NCBI GenBank assembly: GCA_964016885.1
Contig: OZ024745.1
Coordinates: forward strand, 92,132,001-92,196,000
DNA: 64,000 nt
Direction: 5' to 3'
Origin: Eledone cirrhosa
Lineage: Eukaryota
Shown here one piece after another: positions 25,547-38,185 of the stretch (position 1 is its first letter; every line of letters starts with the position of its first letter). The notes beneath the pieces are model-generated. The model was not told the DNA's origin. It ran no database searches and saw only the letters and a list, made by a program, of their open reading frames with translations. Made by a program: the position numbers and the translations under genes.

Positions 25547-26067
25547 TAATAATAATAATGGATTATTTATATATATATATATATATTTGGTCAGTTTGTA
25601 TTAGTGAATCCGTTATTGTTTCTCAGTTGTATTGAGCAAGTAATACTTATGTATGCACGGTTAAGCACTCAACGTAAGTTACTTTCGAAGCTGCGATGTA
25701 ATCACGCAGGTTCATGCACGACGGAGTTTCGGTATAATAATGAAAAATAAGGTAGTATGCTGGAGTCTTATCTCATTTTATGATGTTGTTTCTTCAGTAG
25801 CGGGTTGACGTATGTCAACCCGGTGCTGAAGGAGCAATACCAAAACACTCGCCCGACGTATATCACGGTATAAATAAAGTATTACTTAACAGCTGTTTGA
25901 TAAGGTCGTATCTATTGCATAATTGATATAATCGAAATGTATATAGCAGCAATAATGTAATTAATAAAATGATGTAACATTCCAACAAACTACCTTATTC
26001 TTCATTATATATATATACTTCCATATACTGACTGCACTGATTATGTTGTTATTTCTGTTTACCTTTT

Positions 26068-26098
<31 letters not shown>

Positions 26099-26899
26099 GT
26101 GTGTGGGTAGTATGTGAAATACTGCTGTTGGTACCAAATCAACCACTCTATGCACATGCAGAGTGTATATAAAAGAAAAAAAAACGAAACTTCCTCGTTT
26201 TTTCTATTACATATACTCACACCCACACATGTATGTGTGAGTGTATATGAGAAGGTTATGTATATGTATGTGCAACTTCTTATATATATATACTTTGAAT
26301 ATTTTTTACAATGTTTTCTTATGTTCCTCTCTTTTAGTGTATTTTATGCATGTATTCTGGTGCTTCTCAATGAACCTGCACGATTATGTATGTGATACAC
26401 ACGGAGAAAAATCTTAATTATACTCCCTTTTTCTAACATACACACACACATACATACACACACAGACAGACAATCGGTCATTGTTCCTATATACACACAA
26501 TTCCAGATGGACTTCACGAACATAGGAATGTTTCACAATTCACACCCATAATTTCGACTCCATCTTGTATCGTCTGCTTGTTACAAAAATCTTATTTTAC
26601 TTCTATTTATTTTTCTTGACTTACATTTTAAAAAAGAATTTCTTTCATTTTATATTTTCACACTTTCAAATCTTCTTTTTTAATTTTTAATTTTTATCAT
26701 GTTTTACGCGCCTCATTACCAAAATTAGACTTGTATAGTAACAAACAGTAAGATTATATTAAAAATAGTTTAAAACCAACGCATATATAGACATGTGTAA
26801 ATTTGCACGTACATATATAGTGTACCCAGTGTAGACGGTAAACACACAAGAGATGTAGTGGGGTCTTCATATATACCAGATGGACAGGATTACTCAACA

Positions 26900-27070
26900 G
26901 TAAGAGTATTCAAAACAATTAACTCTCAAATGTTCAGATGGTTCACTGGAGGTGATAGAAAGCTTCTGCTGTCGAGGTGACTCCATTAGTAGTAGAGATG
27001 GATTTACTGAAAGTGTTGTAGCCAGAGTAAGACAAAGATGGACGATGTTCAGGGAGCTTTTTTCAAATCT
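26900..27070 (+). mobile_element. degraded RTE LINE fragment
   Basis: Translates CSDGSLEVIESFCCRGDSISSRDGFTESVVARVR, homologous to the 20100-20220 region. Confidence 0.65.
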
Positions 27071-27181
27071 CAGCCCATGATTTAGGCGAGATTGGCCACC
27101 ATGATCATAACTTGTAGTTCGTTGGTCTAGCGCCCCACGACATTTCTTTAAGTGCCGAGCTGTCTGACACACGCACGCACG

Positions 27182-27279
<98 letters not shown>

Positions 27280-27912
27280 CCTACCAACCTATAATTCTAC
27301 GTAACAGTTTCCAACAAAGACACTTTTTTGTTCTGGCAAGCAGAACTTCCGTTGCAAACGCTAGTCGCCCAAGTGGATATTATTTATGAAATGATCGCCT
27401 GCTCACTACAGACGACAGGGAGGAAAGGTCATATCTCACTTAATTAGGAGACAGATTGAGAATTTTATGATATATAGCATGTCTGAGGAATTTAAAACCT
27501 GGTGGGGCCCATCACTCTCCAGGTCTGAATACAACTGATTTCTTCCAGAGAAAAAGAGAGGGCCAGCAATTCGGGGGAAGAGGAAGTTGGTTAAATCAAC
27601 CCCAGTACTTGACTGCTACTTTATTTTATTAATCCCGGAATGATGAAATATAAAGTAGACCCTGGTGAGATTTGAACCCAGAAGGTAAAGAATCGGAACC
27701 AGAACTGTTTTATAAAGGTTTCTGATTTAGACAGAAGACCAGTAATATTTTAGGGGAAGGGGAAGTCGATTTAATCGATTACATTATTGGACTGCTTATT
27801 GTTTCAACGTCCTCAGAAAAATGAAAAAGCAAATTTACCTACGGCAGGATATGTATATAAAACTTGCGTCTTATTTTTGCTTAAAAACCGAGCGAACTTT
27901 TTGGTCAACCCA

Positions 27913-28410
27913 AAATCTGTCCACACCTTGACCCCTGGGTGACATTTAACGGTCAAATTCTGGGTTACCTCTTTTTTTGGCGTAAACAAGTCTATGCGTG
28001 GGCGATCCCTCGAGGGGACAAAGGAAACGACAGATATAAATAACCTGTCTTAGACCAAGCAAGAAGGCAGTTCGAAGCAGTTCCTGATAGAGTAAAGATG
28101 TAAAACATTTGCTTTCTACAGACCCCCTTGGGGTCTACAGACTATCTCTCTCTCCCCTGGTCTTACAGACTCTCACTTTCTGTTGTCACTGAACTTTGAT
28201 TACTACTTTGCTGCTACTACTAACGAACGGTATCTTACCACTCTCTATTTCAACATAACGAAATAACAGCAAAAACATCAACTTTTATGATTTGTAGTAA
28301 TCTTATTCTTTGTTCCTTTAAACACCGAAGTGAAGTAAATTTTATATCTAAAAGAAACCATCTATTTTGTCGTGTTATTTCACCTCTAACAACACTTACT
28401 AACTTCGCTT
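27913..28410 (+). mobile_element. diverged solo LTR related to the 22384-24728 element
   Basis: AAATCTGTCCACACCTTGA...GGTCAAA...ATGCGTGGGC...CGACAG aligns with the first ~140 nt of that LTR. The 3' boundary is approximate. Confidence 0.6.
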
Positions 28411-28862
28411 AGCTGTAATACTATGATTATATCGAGAGTGGCAATAAGTGATACTATGATTATATCGGGAGTGGCAATAAGTGGAGGAAGATGTAGAAAT
28501 GTTTTCTAGTAAATTAGACTCACTGTTGCATAGATATATAATAAATGACTTTTTAAATAGAGATTATTCTATTAAGCAAAAGTTGTTAAAATCTCTTTTC
28601 CTTTAGATACATAAAGCAGCGTTCTTGCTCCTATCAAAATTCTGAATAAGAAAACAAAAAGAGCTTTGAATTTCTTTCAAACAACATGGCTTTTCTTTCT
28701 AGTTGACTGTAACGATAAAGAAGGAAGTGAGCTTGTAACTTATTTTTTAGAAACATAAATAAATTAAAAAAATGATAAATTGAGAGTCGCAGATGGTCGA
28801 GTTAATAGAATGTTGGGCAATCGGTTTTATATCGATGGTTTGTATCCAAAAGTGGGCTTTAT

Positions 28863-31800
28863 ATGTATATAGACGACGTACTCGTTGCTAGCACATCTCC
28901 AGAGGAACATGTTAAACACCTTCGTTTATTATTTCAACGTTTTAAGAAGTACCAAGTTCGCATTAACCCCGCGAAGTGTATATTTGGTGCGTCTTCGCTA
29001 GTTTTTCTAGGACACATCATTAGTCCTAAAGGCATATCACCTCCACCGGATAAATTGAAAACTCTCCAGGAATTACCTCCTCCTACATCATTACGTCAAT
29101 TCTTGGGACTGCTAAATTATTACCATGGTTTTATTCCACATTGTGCGGAGCGCATAGCACCTCTTTCTGAACTGTTGCGGAACCGAAGAAAGAAACACGA
29201 GTCTATTTCTTTAGACCCTGCTCAACTCGAAGCTTATTCCAGAGTGAAACAGGAATTAGCTGATGTCACCCTGCTTGCACATCCTGTGCCTGATGCCCAG
29301 TTTTCACTGGTCGTTGATGCATCAGGCACAGCAATAGGTGCAGTTTTGCAACAGTACCACAACCAGAAGATTCAACCACTTGCATATTTCTCAAAACAGC
29401 TGAAACCCGATACAGTACTTTCGGCAGAGAACTGTTAGCAATGTACTTGGCAATCAAACACTTCCAGCATTCGTTGGAAGGACGCCAGTTTAGGATTTTC
29501 ACGGACCATCGTCCTTTGACATTTGCTCTCAAAGCGAATCCCGAAAGATACTCGCCACGTGAAACTCGACATTTAGATTATGTATCACAATTCACTAGTG
29601 ATATACGCCATATTCCTGGATCACAGAATTTAGCGGCAGATGCATTATCTCGTTTACTTATCAACTCACTATCGACAAAAATTGATATTGATCTACGTTT
29701 GCTCGCTGCTCACCAGCCTGCTTTGGACGATTTGAATTTATCTGCAACCGAATTTGCGACGTGCAAATTTAAACAATTATCTGTACACAATTCTGACAAG
29801 CATCCTGTGTGACATATCGACTGATTCATCTCGACCCTTCGTTCCGGAACTTCATCGGTGAACAGTTTTCGACACGTTACACAACCTCTCACACCTGGAA
29901 TCCATTCATCAGTGAAACTCATTACGGCTAGATTCTTTTGGCCAAATATGAGACGAGATATCACTGCATGGTCTCGTTCCTGCATACTTTGCCAAAAGTC
30001 TAAGGTGCACAAACACATTCAAGCACCTCTGGGCACATTCAACGCCCCTGATGCCCGCTTTGACCATATTCATATCGACCTAGTTGGACCTTGGCCGGTA
30101 AGTCATGGATATACATACCTTCTTACGTGTATCGACTTGTAGTAAGACGCCTTTACGCCCCCTCGCGGATAATGGACCAGGCCTAGTTGTCTCCCCCTGG
30201 TTGAGAACACCCTAGGTAAGCAGACGGGATACACGCCACAGAAAACAGCCTCTGTACCACGAAACGATAAACAGCCATCGGGAACAGCAAACACCACAAT
30301 ACCTTTGTAATTGTAATACTTCCCATCACCACATCTGGATCACGTATATATTTGGTATGTTTCATTTGTAATATAATAAACACATATAAACAAAATAAAC
30401 ATCACCATTATTTACATTTGTTGAATATAACTCTCGTTGTGGTTATTGTCTTGTTTACGCACACACCCACTCACTTGTTATAATTCTCACTTACAAAAAT
30501 GGTAAATAGACGAGGGACCTTCCCTCACGTCTATGTCGATAAACAATCCAACTAGGATACCTTATTTTACCACAGACTGTTTTACACGTTGACCTGAAGC
30601 CATTCCTCTCGAAGAGATTTCAGCAGAATCGGTAACACGAGCTCTGATGTCTGGCTGGATTTCGCGATACGGTGTCCCTTCCACGCTCACCACTGACCGT
30701 GGCGGACAATTTGAATCACATCTCTTCCATGAACTTTCTAAAATCTTATGGATACATCGTATTAGACCTACTAGTTACCATCCGGCGTCAAATGGCATGA
30801 TAGAACGCTTTCATCGATAATTAAAAGCAGCATTGCGTGCTTATCCCGACCAGCAAAAATGGAGTGAATATCTATCAATTGTTCTCCTTGGCTGTCGCGC
30901 GGCGGTCAGGGAGGATCTCGGATATTCCCTAGCGGAATTGCTGTACGGAACACCTTTATCCTTGCCGGGACAGATGTTAGTCCTAGTCGACGCATCGCGG
31001 GAAGATCCTACGTTATATATTAACCGTTTGCGATCATATTTCAATGATCTTCCGCCTATGGGAACACGTCAACACACGATTAAATCTTCGGTTCCTAAAA
31101 ACATTACTTCTTGGACTCACGTTTTTCTACGTAAAGACTCAGTGAAAGGACCCTACCGTGTCCTGGCAAAAACAGACAAACTTTTTACCATAGACGTTTG
31201 TGGTAGGAAACAGTTTCTGTAGATAGGATTAAACAGGCCTTTACAGACGCTCCCCCAGTTGAACCCCATACACCCCCCCCCCCCCCCCACATTCAATACA
31301 TTGCATGTTGAACCTTCACAAGCATACTCACCCACAACATCACACACACCTTCATTACCTTCACCCACATGTGTTACGACGACTCGTAGTGGTCGTAGAG
31401 TGCATTGGCCTCACAGATTGTGTAAAACAATCTATATATGAACTGTGATATTGTTCAAACTTTTGACTCTTATGTAAACAGTTACTTTTGCTTGTTCAAT
31501 TATGTTATGTTTCATTTCTCTTGGTTGTATTCATGTATGTATCTTTTCTCGGTGTACCCGATGATTGTTTATTGTTTGATGTCATGTAGACATATTGCAT
31601 ATTTAACACTACTCATGTATTGATATCGATCTTCGATCTAAACGGAGGGTACTGTAGTGAACAGAATTAAATGTATTTTCCTTTGGCGTAAGAATGGTGT
31701 CACAGAGGTAAATTGGCTGAAGTGGAGCCAATTAAGGCACTCAGCGGATCGAGACAAGTTGCTGGACTACTTGGACCAGAGACAAAGTTGGCTGACAGAG

Positions 31801-32059
31801 TAGAGAGACAGAGTTGACTGAACGACCTAGTAGCATCAAGACGTCCGACATTTGATATGCCACATTCTTTCACATCTCCACTGGAATATGCAGCCAACAC
31901 GATATGAAGACTTGCTCAACCTTCTCTTGTTATTTCGATTCCATATTTGTACAACAAATAAAAGGGAATTTTTGTTATAATGGATTATGTCGTTTTTGTC
32001 ATTGCCTTCTGAATCGGTAACTATATTAATATCTCCAGCGACACGTAATCCACGTTATA
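28863..32059 (+). mobile_element. 5'-truncated Ty3/Gypsy retrotransposon (CsRn1-like): RT-RNaseH-integrase relic plus 3' LTR
   Basis: YIDD; DASGTAIGAVLQQ; FTDHRPL; NLAADALSR; integrase zinc-finger remnant (CILC); HIDLVGP; TTDRGGQFES; NGMIERFHR; TRSGRRV. Frameshifts and stops present. PPT-like AAACGGAGGG, then LTR TGTAGTGAA from 31653 to ~32059. Confidence 0.92.
30138..30574. mobile_element. solo LTR inserted into the Gypsy integrase
   Basis: TGTAGTAA...TTACCACA termini with perfect 4-bp TSD GACT (30134-30137, 30575-30578). Excision restores LLTCIDCFTR*PEAIPL. Confidence 0.92.
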
Positions 32060-33204
32060 TATATACAGTATATGGTCTCGAATAATGCCCCCCCCCCCCC
32101 CCTGCGCTTATTAAATTTTACTAATCTATCTTTGGCGAAATTTTATTTTAAGGGAAGCATTCCTGCGATAATTAATTTTCTTTATACATTAAAAAAACAT
32201 TACACATGACAAAAAAAGTACATTACTAGAAATCCTATATGTTATAAAATAAATAGGCTGGGTTGGGGTCTCAACTTAAACGACTAATTCTGGTTTTTTT
32301 TAAAAACCAACGGAGACATCCAAGAAAAACTACCCCCCCCCCCCCCCCATCGCTTATTCCACAGAACGTTAAGAATTAAATACCTTTCTTGTTAATGCGG
32401 TACAGTACGATAAGAGTTAAGCACCTTTCTTACTAATGCGGTACAGAACGTTAAGAGTTAAACACTTTTTTTCCTATGTGGTTTTAGAGACATCGTAGGA
32501 AGGTGGTTTCAAATTTGAATGTGACAGAGGGTGACCTTCCCTCCACGACGACAAGCGTCGATCATCTAACTTTTCTCTATCTGACATATTCCTTATTAAC
32601 ATCTTCGCCAACAGAAATAAATGAACAATCAGTGTAATAATGTGAGAATATACTGGTGAGACATTCCCAAGGCTATAAATATTTTGTTCGTGACAGATGT
32701 CGAAATTATCATTTTTAAGATGTTAATTTATTTTTTGTGAAGTTCTGGTGTTAATGATGTGGTGAGACATTCAGTAGAAGCCGCTTATAGTGATCACTTT
32801 GAGACGAAGCCATTTCGATAAAAATAACCGGTTGATAAACATTAGGCAAATAAAGATTTTGGGGTTCATCGATTACGATAACACTAACCGGCTGATAACA
32901 TTATCCATTGTTATAATGATTTCTAATTTAGGCACAAGACCAACAATTTTAGGAGAGGGGGGAAAGTCGATTAAATCGACCCATTGTGTTACTGGTACTT
33001 TATTTTATCGACCCTGTAAAGCTAACCTCGGCGGAATTTGAACTCAGCACCTAAAGGGCCGTAACTACATGCCATAAAGCAGGGTGTCCGACGCTCTACC
33101 GATTACTGCCAAAACACCGTCCTATATCCATGATTATAATAAGCAGCTTCCACGAGGTATTTGAGTATTTATTTATAGAAGAGAACATTATGTCACTACC
33201 AAGG

Positions 33205-33520
33205 TGTGTGGCTTAGTGGCTAGGGTGTTCGGCTCACAATCGTAAGGTCGTGAGTTCGATTACCGGTTGCAGGTTGTGTCCTTGAGCAAGATACTTTATT
33301 TCGTATTGCTCCAGTTCACTCAGCTGACAAAAACGAGTTGTACCTCAGAGCCATCTTTGTCTCTCGCTTTGTCTTGCTGAATCTCCCTGAGAACTACGTT
33401 AACGTTGTATGTGTCTGTATCTGTGGAATGCTCAGTCACTTACATGTTAATTCTGCGAGCAGGCTGTTCCGTTGTTCGAACAACTGGAGCACGTCTCGTC
33501 GAAAGCGACGGAGGACCAAC
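33205..33520 (+). mobile_element. tRNA-derived SINE, family B
   Basis: A-box TGGCTTAGTGG, B-box GAGTTCGATTACC, core TTGTGTCCTTGAGCAAGA. Related copies at ~35667-35950 and ~60880-60998. Confidence 0.75.
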
Positions 33521-33725
33521 CCGTGTCGCTACCATAGTAATTCGAAGGATTACATTTCACAGCAGTACTTGAAATGAACCAAAATTTAATTTAAATGGAT
33601 TTTCTTTTAGACAAACATTACAACCTATTCATTAACAAAACCCGACGCGCCATGTAACCATGTAACCCTTATTTGTATCAAGTTAAACTATTCTAAATCC
33701 TATAAGTATTAGTCAATAATTATAA

Positions 33726-34033
33726 TAGGGGCGTGTAACAGGCGGCCTGCGGGCCACAATCCATCCCGTCAGAGTGGTCCACGATGACCGTTTTTAATTT
33801 TTACCGTGTAGGCTTATTTAGAATTTTTTTTTTGTAACCATAATACAATTTTCTACATTAATAAAACTAAATTATATTTTATTTGTCTTTATTGTTTAAG
33901 AATGTATTCACAATGTTTTTATGACTCAATTCACTGGTTTTTATTAGATTACATATTTTTGATAGTGACTGGTCCTATTAGTTGTTCCAATGTTCAAAAG
34001 TGGCCAGTCAATGGAATATGTTGCACACCTATA
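33726..34033. mobile_element. hAT-like MITE
   Basis: Degenerate TIR TAGGGGCGTGTAAC / GTTGCACACCTATA with subterminal GCGGCCTGCGGGCC. Confidence 0.55.
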
Positions 34034-34266
34034 ACATTACAACGTCTCGATGAAATTTAATGATTTTAGCTCTCTTAAACACATTGTGATGACAAAGGGT
34101 TATATATCAATTGTATCACAATAGCTTTGGTCAGAATTTATATTATATTTTATAATAGCTATGTATGTATGTATAATAGCTATGTATGTATGAAGTAGAA
34201 GAGCAGAGAGCCGAGACCAATATGTGGGGCGCCGTCGTGAAATACGACGTGTCTTAAGAACTTTAA

Positions 34267-34481
34267 CCCTTTAGCATTTAAACCGGTCATATCCGGCTAG
34301 AATTCTATCATTTCTTTCTGTCCAAACCAGTTGTAACCAGTCACTCATGTTAAGGTATTGTTCTCAAAATAAATAATATCAAAATCGCATAGATTCGATA
34401 TTATGTGAGTTAATTATGTAAGATAAAGCCTTTACCACAAAAATACAATAGTAAATATAGAGTAATGTAAATGCTAAAGGG
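34267..34481. mobile_element. piggyBac-type MITE, opposite orientation
   Basis: TTAA TSD; TIR CCCTTTAGCATTTA / TAAATGCTAAAGGG. Confidence 0.85.
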
Positions 34482-34549
34482 TTAAACCTGGTGGAGTTCG
34501 TTTCCTTCTCCATGTCTAAACAGCAGATTTTTTAAAAAGGAGAGGATAG

Positions 34550-34614
<65 letters not shown>

Positions 34615-35049
34615 ATCAACCCCCAGTACTGGACTGGTTCTTCTTTTATCGACTTCGAAGGGATGAATATCAAAGTCGACCTCGGTGGGATATGAAGTAG
34701 AAGAACAGAGAGTGGAGGAGACCAACACTGCAAAGCAGTGTATCCGACCTTCTAATAACCTGTAATTAATAGGGCAAGCCTTGTCACTTACTGTATCACG
34801 CCGAATCTCCCTGAGAATTACAAAAAGGGTACACGTGTCTGTGGAATGCTCAGTCACTTACACATTAATTTTATTAGTTGGTCGAATAACTGGAACACTT
34901 ATTCCAGCTATTTGCACTACCATATATTTCGGTTTCTATTAATTCCCTAGGGAATTGGTTGACCAAATGCTTTGCTTAATTGTTTTATTTATTAAAACAA
35001 AATGTTTATCCTTTCTCTTAGACTTCAATTATTTTTATGGTTTACATAC

Positions 35050-35289
35050 AATGTCCGTGGTCACAAGTACGAAAATACACTCTTCACAAGTGCAATGTGT
35101 CCGAACACAGAAGAACCGAACTCCCACCGACATCGCCCCCATCTCTCTCCCCATCCCCATCTCTCTGTATGGTGAGCAAATGGGGTCCCACGTACTGGCC
35201 GTTCCATAGCCCCGGCGGACAGAATGGAGAAGGCGTTTCCCCGGAGGATGGTAAGGGAGATGCGCTGGAAGAGCTATTATCATCGTAAC
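35050..35289 (-). other. candidate exon of an unidentified minus-strand gene
   Basis: Acceptor ctttgttttgtAG, donor GTATGT, 240 nt, GC-elevated unique sequence. Phase-0 frame fully open. Phase-1 frame gives YDDNSSSSASPLPSSGETPSPFCPPGLWNGQYVGPHLLTIQRDG...L*. Confidence 0.45.
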
Positions 35290-36107
35290 CTACAAAACAA
35301 AGGTGTAGAATGTAATCACTCTGGAGATGATGGAGTGATGATACAGCTTCTGTAGATTAATGGAAAGATAATTAGTGATATAATCTTGAGAAAACTCTGA
35401 AACATTTCTAAAGTAGTCCCAGCAGGTTTTAATGCAGATGTTATTTTCTCTTCACTGATTACAGAATTAATCATTAGATGGAAGCAGCTGGAGAGCTTAC
35501 TTAAGTAGTATTGAAACTAATGAAGGTTTGATATAAAATGAGAGAAAAGCAGTAGGGATAACTGTTGGAATAAATGGTCACTGTGATGATAGACTCTTGT
35601 GATGTCCTCCGAAATATATAAGGGCGTAAAATCATTACGAATTTATCAATTGCATTAAATATTGGAAGCGCGTAGCTTAGTGGTAAGTGTTGAACTTACG
35701 ATCATTATCTCGTAGCTTCAATTCCTGGGCTGGGTTGTGTGTTGTGTTCTTGAGCAAAACACTACATTTCACTTCATTTCATGTTGCTCCAGTATACTCA
35801 GCTGAAAATTAGTACCAGCAATAGCTGGGAGTTTAACCCTGCGATGAACTAGCGTCCTGTCCAGGGGAAAGTGTTGTATTCTCAGCTGCTTCACGCCACG
35901 GAACCGGGATAAGCACTGGCTTAACAAACCTTCTGACTCGAGACAGATTTTAGACTTTGATTAAATATTAGATTTATTTATTAAACAAATCTTATAATAG
36001 TCCTTCTTGGGGAGAGAACAACGAGATCTGCCGATAAAGAAATGACTTATTATTATCACACACACTCTTATATATATATTATTTATATATATTATTTATA
36101 TACACCA

Positions 36108-36300
36108 GGGCGGTGGATTGGCAGTATCGGTAGAGGGTCGGACGCCATGCTTTGACGTATAGAGTTACGGCCCTTGCCATTCTGAGTTCAAATCCCGCCG
36201 AGGTTAACTTTGCCTTTCATCCTTACGGAGTCGATAAACTAAAGTACCAGTAATGCACTGGTGTAATTGCTGGCCCTGTGCCAAATGTAGAAACAATTAT
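36108..36300 (+). mobile_element. tRNA-derived SINE, family A (well-preserved copy)
   Basis: GGCGGTGGATTGGCAGTATCGG...GAGTTCAAATCCCGCC...GTAGAAACAATTAT. Confidence 0.85.
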
Positions 36301-36394
36301 TTATATACATTATATAAATATATATTATTTATAACATACATATATATTATATATATATAATATATATGAATAAAAATTAGAAAGAGAAGCCAGG

Positions 36395-36483
36395 ACTATC
36401 CATCATCAGTGATCTACTAGCCATCATAGGTATTTCTTCTCATTAAAGATCAGATACCTCAGGCTAGCACGAACAATAACTAA
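36395..36483 (-). ncRNA. permuted, k-turn-containing hammerhead-like RNA, copy A'
   Basis: CTAGC-C-TGA-GGTAT-C-TGATCT-TTAA-TGAGA-A-GAAA-TACC-TAT-GA-TG-GCTAG-T-AGATCA-CTGATGA-T on the minus strand. Confidence 0.7.
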
Positions 36484-36666
36484 AATAAGTTATTGGGATA
36501 AAAAGAATTGTTTTGAGAAAGAGAGACAGGTAAACAAACAAAAATGGTTGAGGCAACGTAAAGAGAGGAAAAATGAGAAAATCAAGTCAGTGATTCATGT
36601 GAACATAAGAACTTGCCTATCATTGACGAGAAGACGAAAGACATCTTTTTATCCCAATAACTTATT

Positions 36667-36755
36667 TTAGTTATTGTTCGCGCTAGCCTGAGGTATCTGA
36701 TCTTTAATGTGAAGAAATACCTATGATTGCTAGTAGATCACTGATGATGGATAGT
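36667..36755 (+). ncRNA. permuted, k-turn-containing hammerhead-like RNA, copy A
   Basis: Inverted duplicate of A'. Intact core; predicted AUC cleavage after 36697. Confidence 0.7.
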
Positions 36756-37248
36756 CCTGGCTTCTCTTTCTAATTTTTATTCATATGTATCACATTTGCA
36801 ACAACACAGCACCTCATTTTTCATTCCTATATATATATATATATTCTTCTCCCCATGTTTTTCATATATATTTACCTAAACTGCGATTATCTGTTTCTCT
36901 CTTTCTCTCTTACTGCTCCCTCGTTCTCTCTGTTTCTCTTACCTTCTTTCGTCCCCTCTGCCAGTTAACACTTTCTCTCGACTGACCTCTTCCTCGCACT
37001 CCCACTCCCTCACTCTCTGTTTCTCCCCTTCTCACTTCCTCCCGTTCGCTAGGAGTGGGATTCTATCTTTCTCACATCCCATTCACAGCGAAAGGTCTGT
37101 TTTCTGAGCGCTCATGAAATTCACCCAGTTTATGCTGATCGGATAACCATGTTGCTTGTTTTTCTTCCCATCTTCGGTTAGCTTTTCCTTCTATGTTGTT
37201 TACTTGTCTCACTCGCTTTACGCGACTCACTTGGCCCAATAGCTTATT

Positions 37249-37337
37249 TTAGTTATTGCTCGCACCAACCTGAGGTATATGATTTTTAATGCGATGAAAT
37301 ACCAATGATCGTTGGGAAATCACTGATGAGGGACTAA
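37249..37337 (+). ncRNA. permuted, k-turn-containing hammerhead-like RNA, copy B
   Basis: TCGCA-CCAAC-C-TGA-GGTAT-A-TGATTT-TTAA-TGCGA-T-GAAA-TACC-AAT-GA-TC-GTTGG-G-AAATCA-CTGATGA-G. Predicted AUA cleavage after 37279. Confidence 0.7.
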
Positions 37338-37389
37338 TTTTATAATATGTAATCCATGTGCAACCATGCAGTATTCTTCTCCCCATGTT

Positions 37390-37436
<47 letters not shown>

Positions 37437-37817
37437 CACTATATTATATGCAGGTGGATTGGCAGTATCGGTAGAGGGTCGGACGCCATGCTTTGACGCA
37501 TAGAGTTACGGCCCTTGCCATTCTGAGTTCAAATCCCGCTGAGGTTAACTTTGCCTTTCATCCTTACGGGGTCGATAAAATAAAGTACCAGTAATGCACT
37601 GGCTAATTGCTGGCCTTGTGCCAAAAGTAGAAACAATTATATATATTATTTATACGCATTCTATACGGGGGTTTCTCGGGTACCTTCATAAATAAAGAGA
37701 AAGATAGACAGAAAGAGCTAGTGGTTGTGAGAGAGTAGATTGAAAGAGAGACATATATATGAATCTCGGATTCAATCGGGGGTAAGTTACTCAATACATT
37801 AGTAGAGTGTAAACATC

Positions 37818-37936
37818 ATGTTTAATATAGAAATTACTTCTACATGACTAGAACTGTTTCATTCAAAAGAAATCATCAGGTTTCTTTTGAAGGAAACAGT
37901 TCTAGTCCTGTAGAAAGCATTTCTATATTAAACATG
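37818..37936. repeat. ~120-bp palindrome containing a hammerhead core remnant
   Basis: Arms CATGTTTAATATAGAAA...GACTAGAACTGTTTC and their reverse complement. Minus strand reads CTGATGA...GAAACAGTTC. Confidence 0.7.
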
Positions 37937-37976
<40 letters not shown>

Positions 37977-38042
37977 TTTAAATGGAAGTTGATCAATATT
38001 TTATGGTACGTCAAATTTATTTATAAAACTGCTTATATATTG

Positions 38043-38108
38043 TATTTTATCTGAAGAAGGCATGCCATATTTTTAATATGGTATCCCTGAAATATGTATA
38101 ATGAAATA
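38043..38108 (+). ncRNA. type I hammerhead motif
   Basis: TATTTTAT-CTGAAGA-AGG(CATGCCATAT...ATATGGTATC)CCT-GAAA-TATGTA-TA-ATGAAATA. Confidence 0.72.
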
Positions 38109-38148
38109 AATATGGTTTTATAAATATAGTTTCCATTTGTTTAATATC

Positions 38149-38185
<37 letters not shown>

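Noticed and set aside
25660-25860. Additional hammerhead
   Set aside because: Hairpins and GAAA are present but there is no intact CUGANGA in a compatible position.
33205-33280. tRNA gene
   Set aside because: A/B boxes are present but there is no complete cloverleaf, and it continues into a SINE core; the same holds for all family-A heads.
36667-36755. Reading the k-turn motif as a box C/D snoRNA or SECIS element
   Set aside because: No upstream C box, and the would-be guide segments are tied up in covarying helices. The ATGA...TGA spacing is too short for SECIS helix II. The hammerhead core explains more of the conserved bases.
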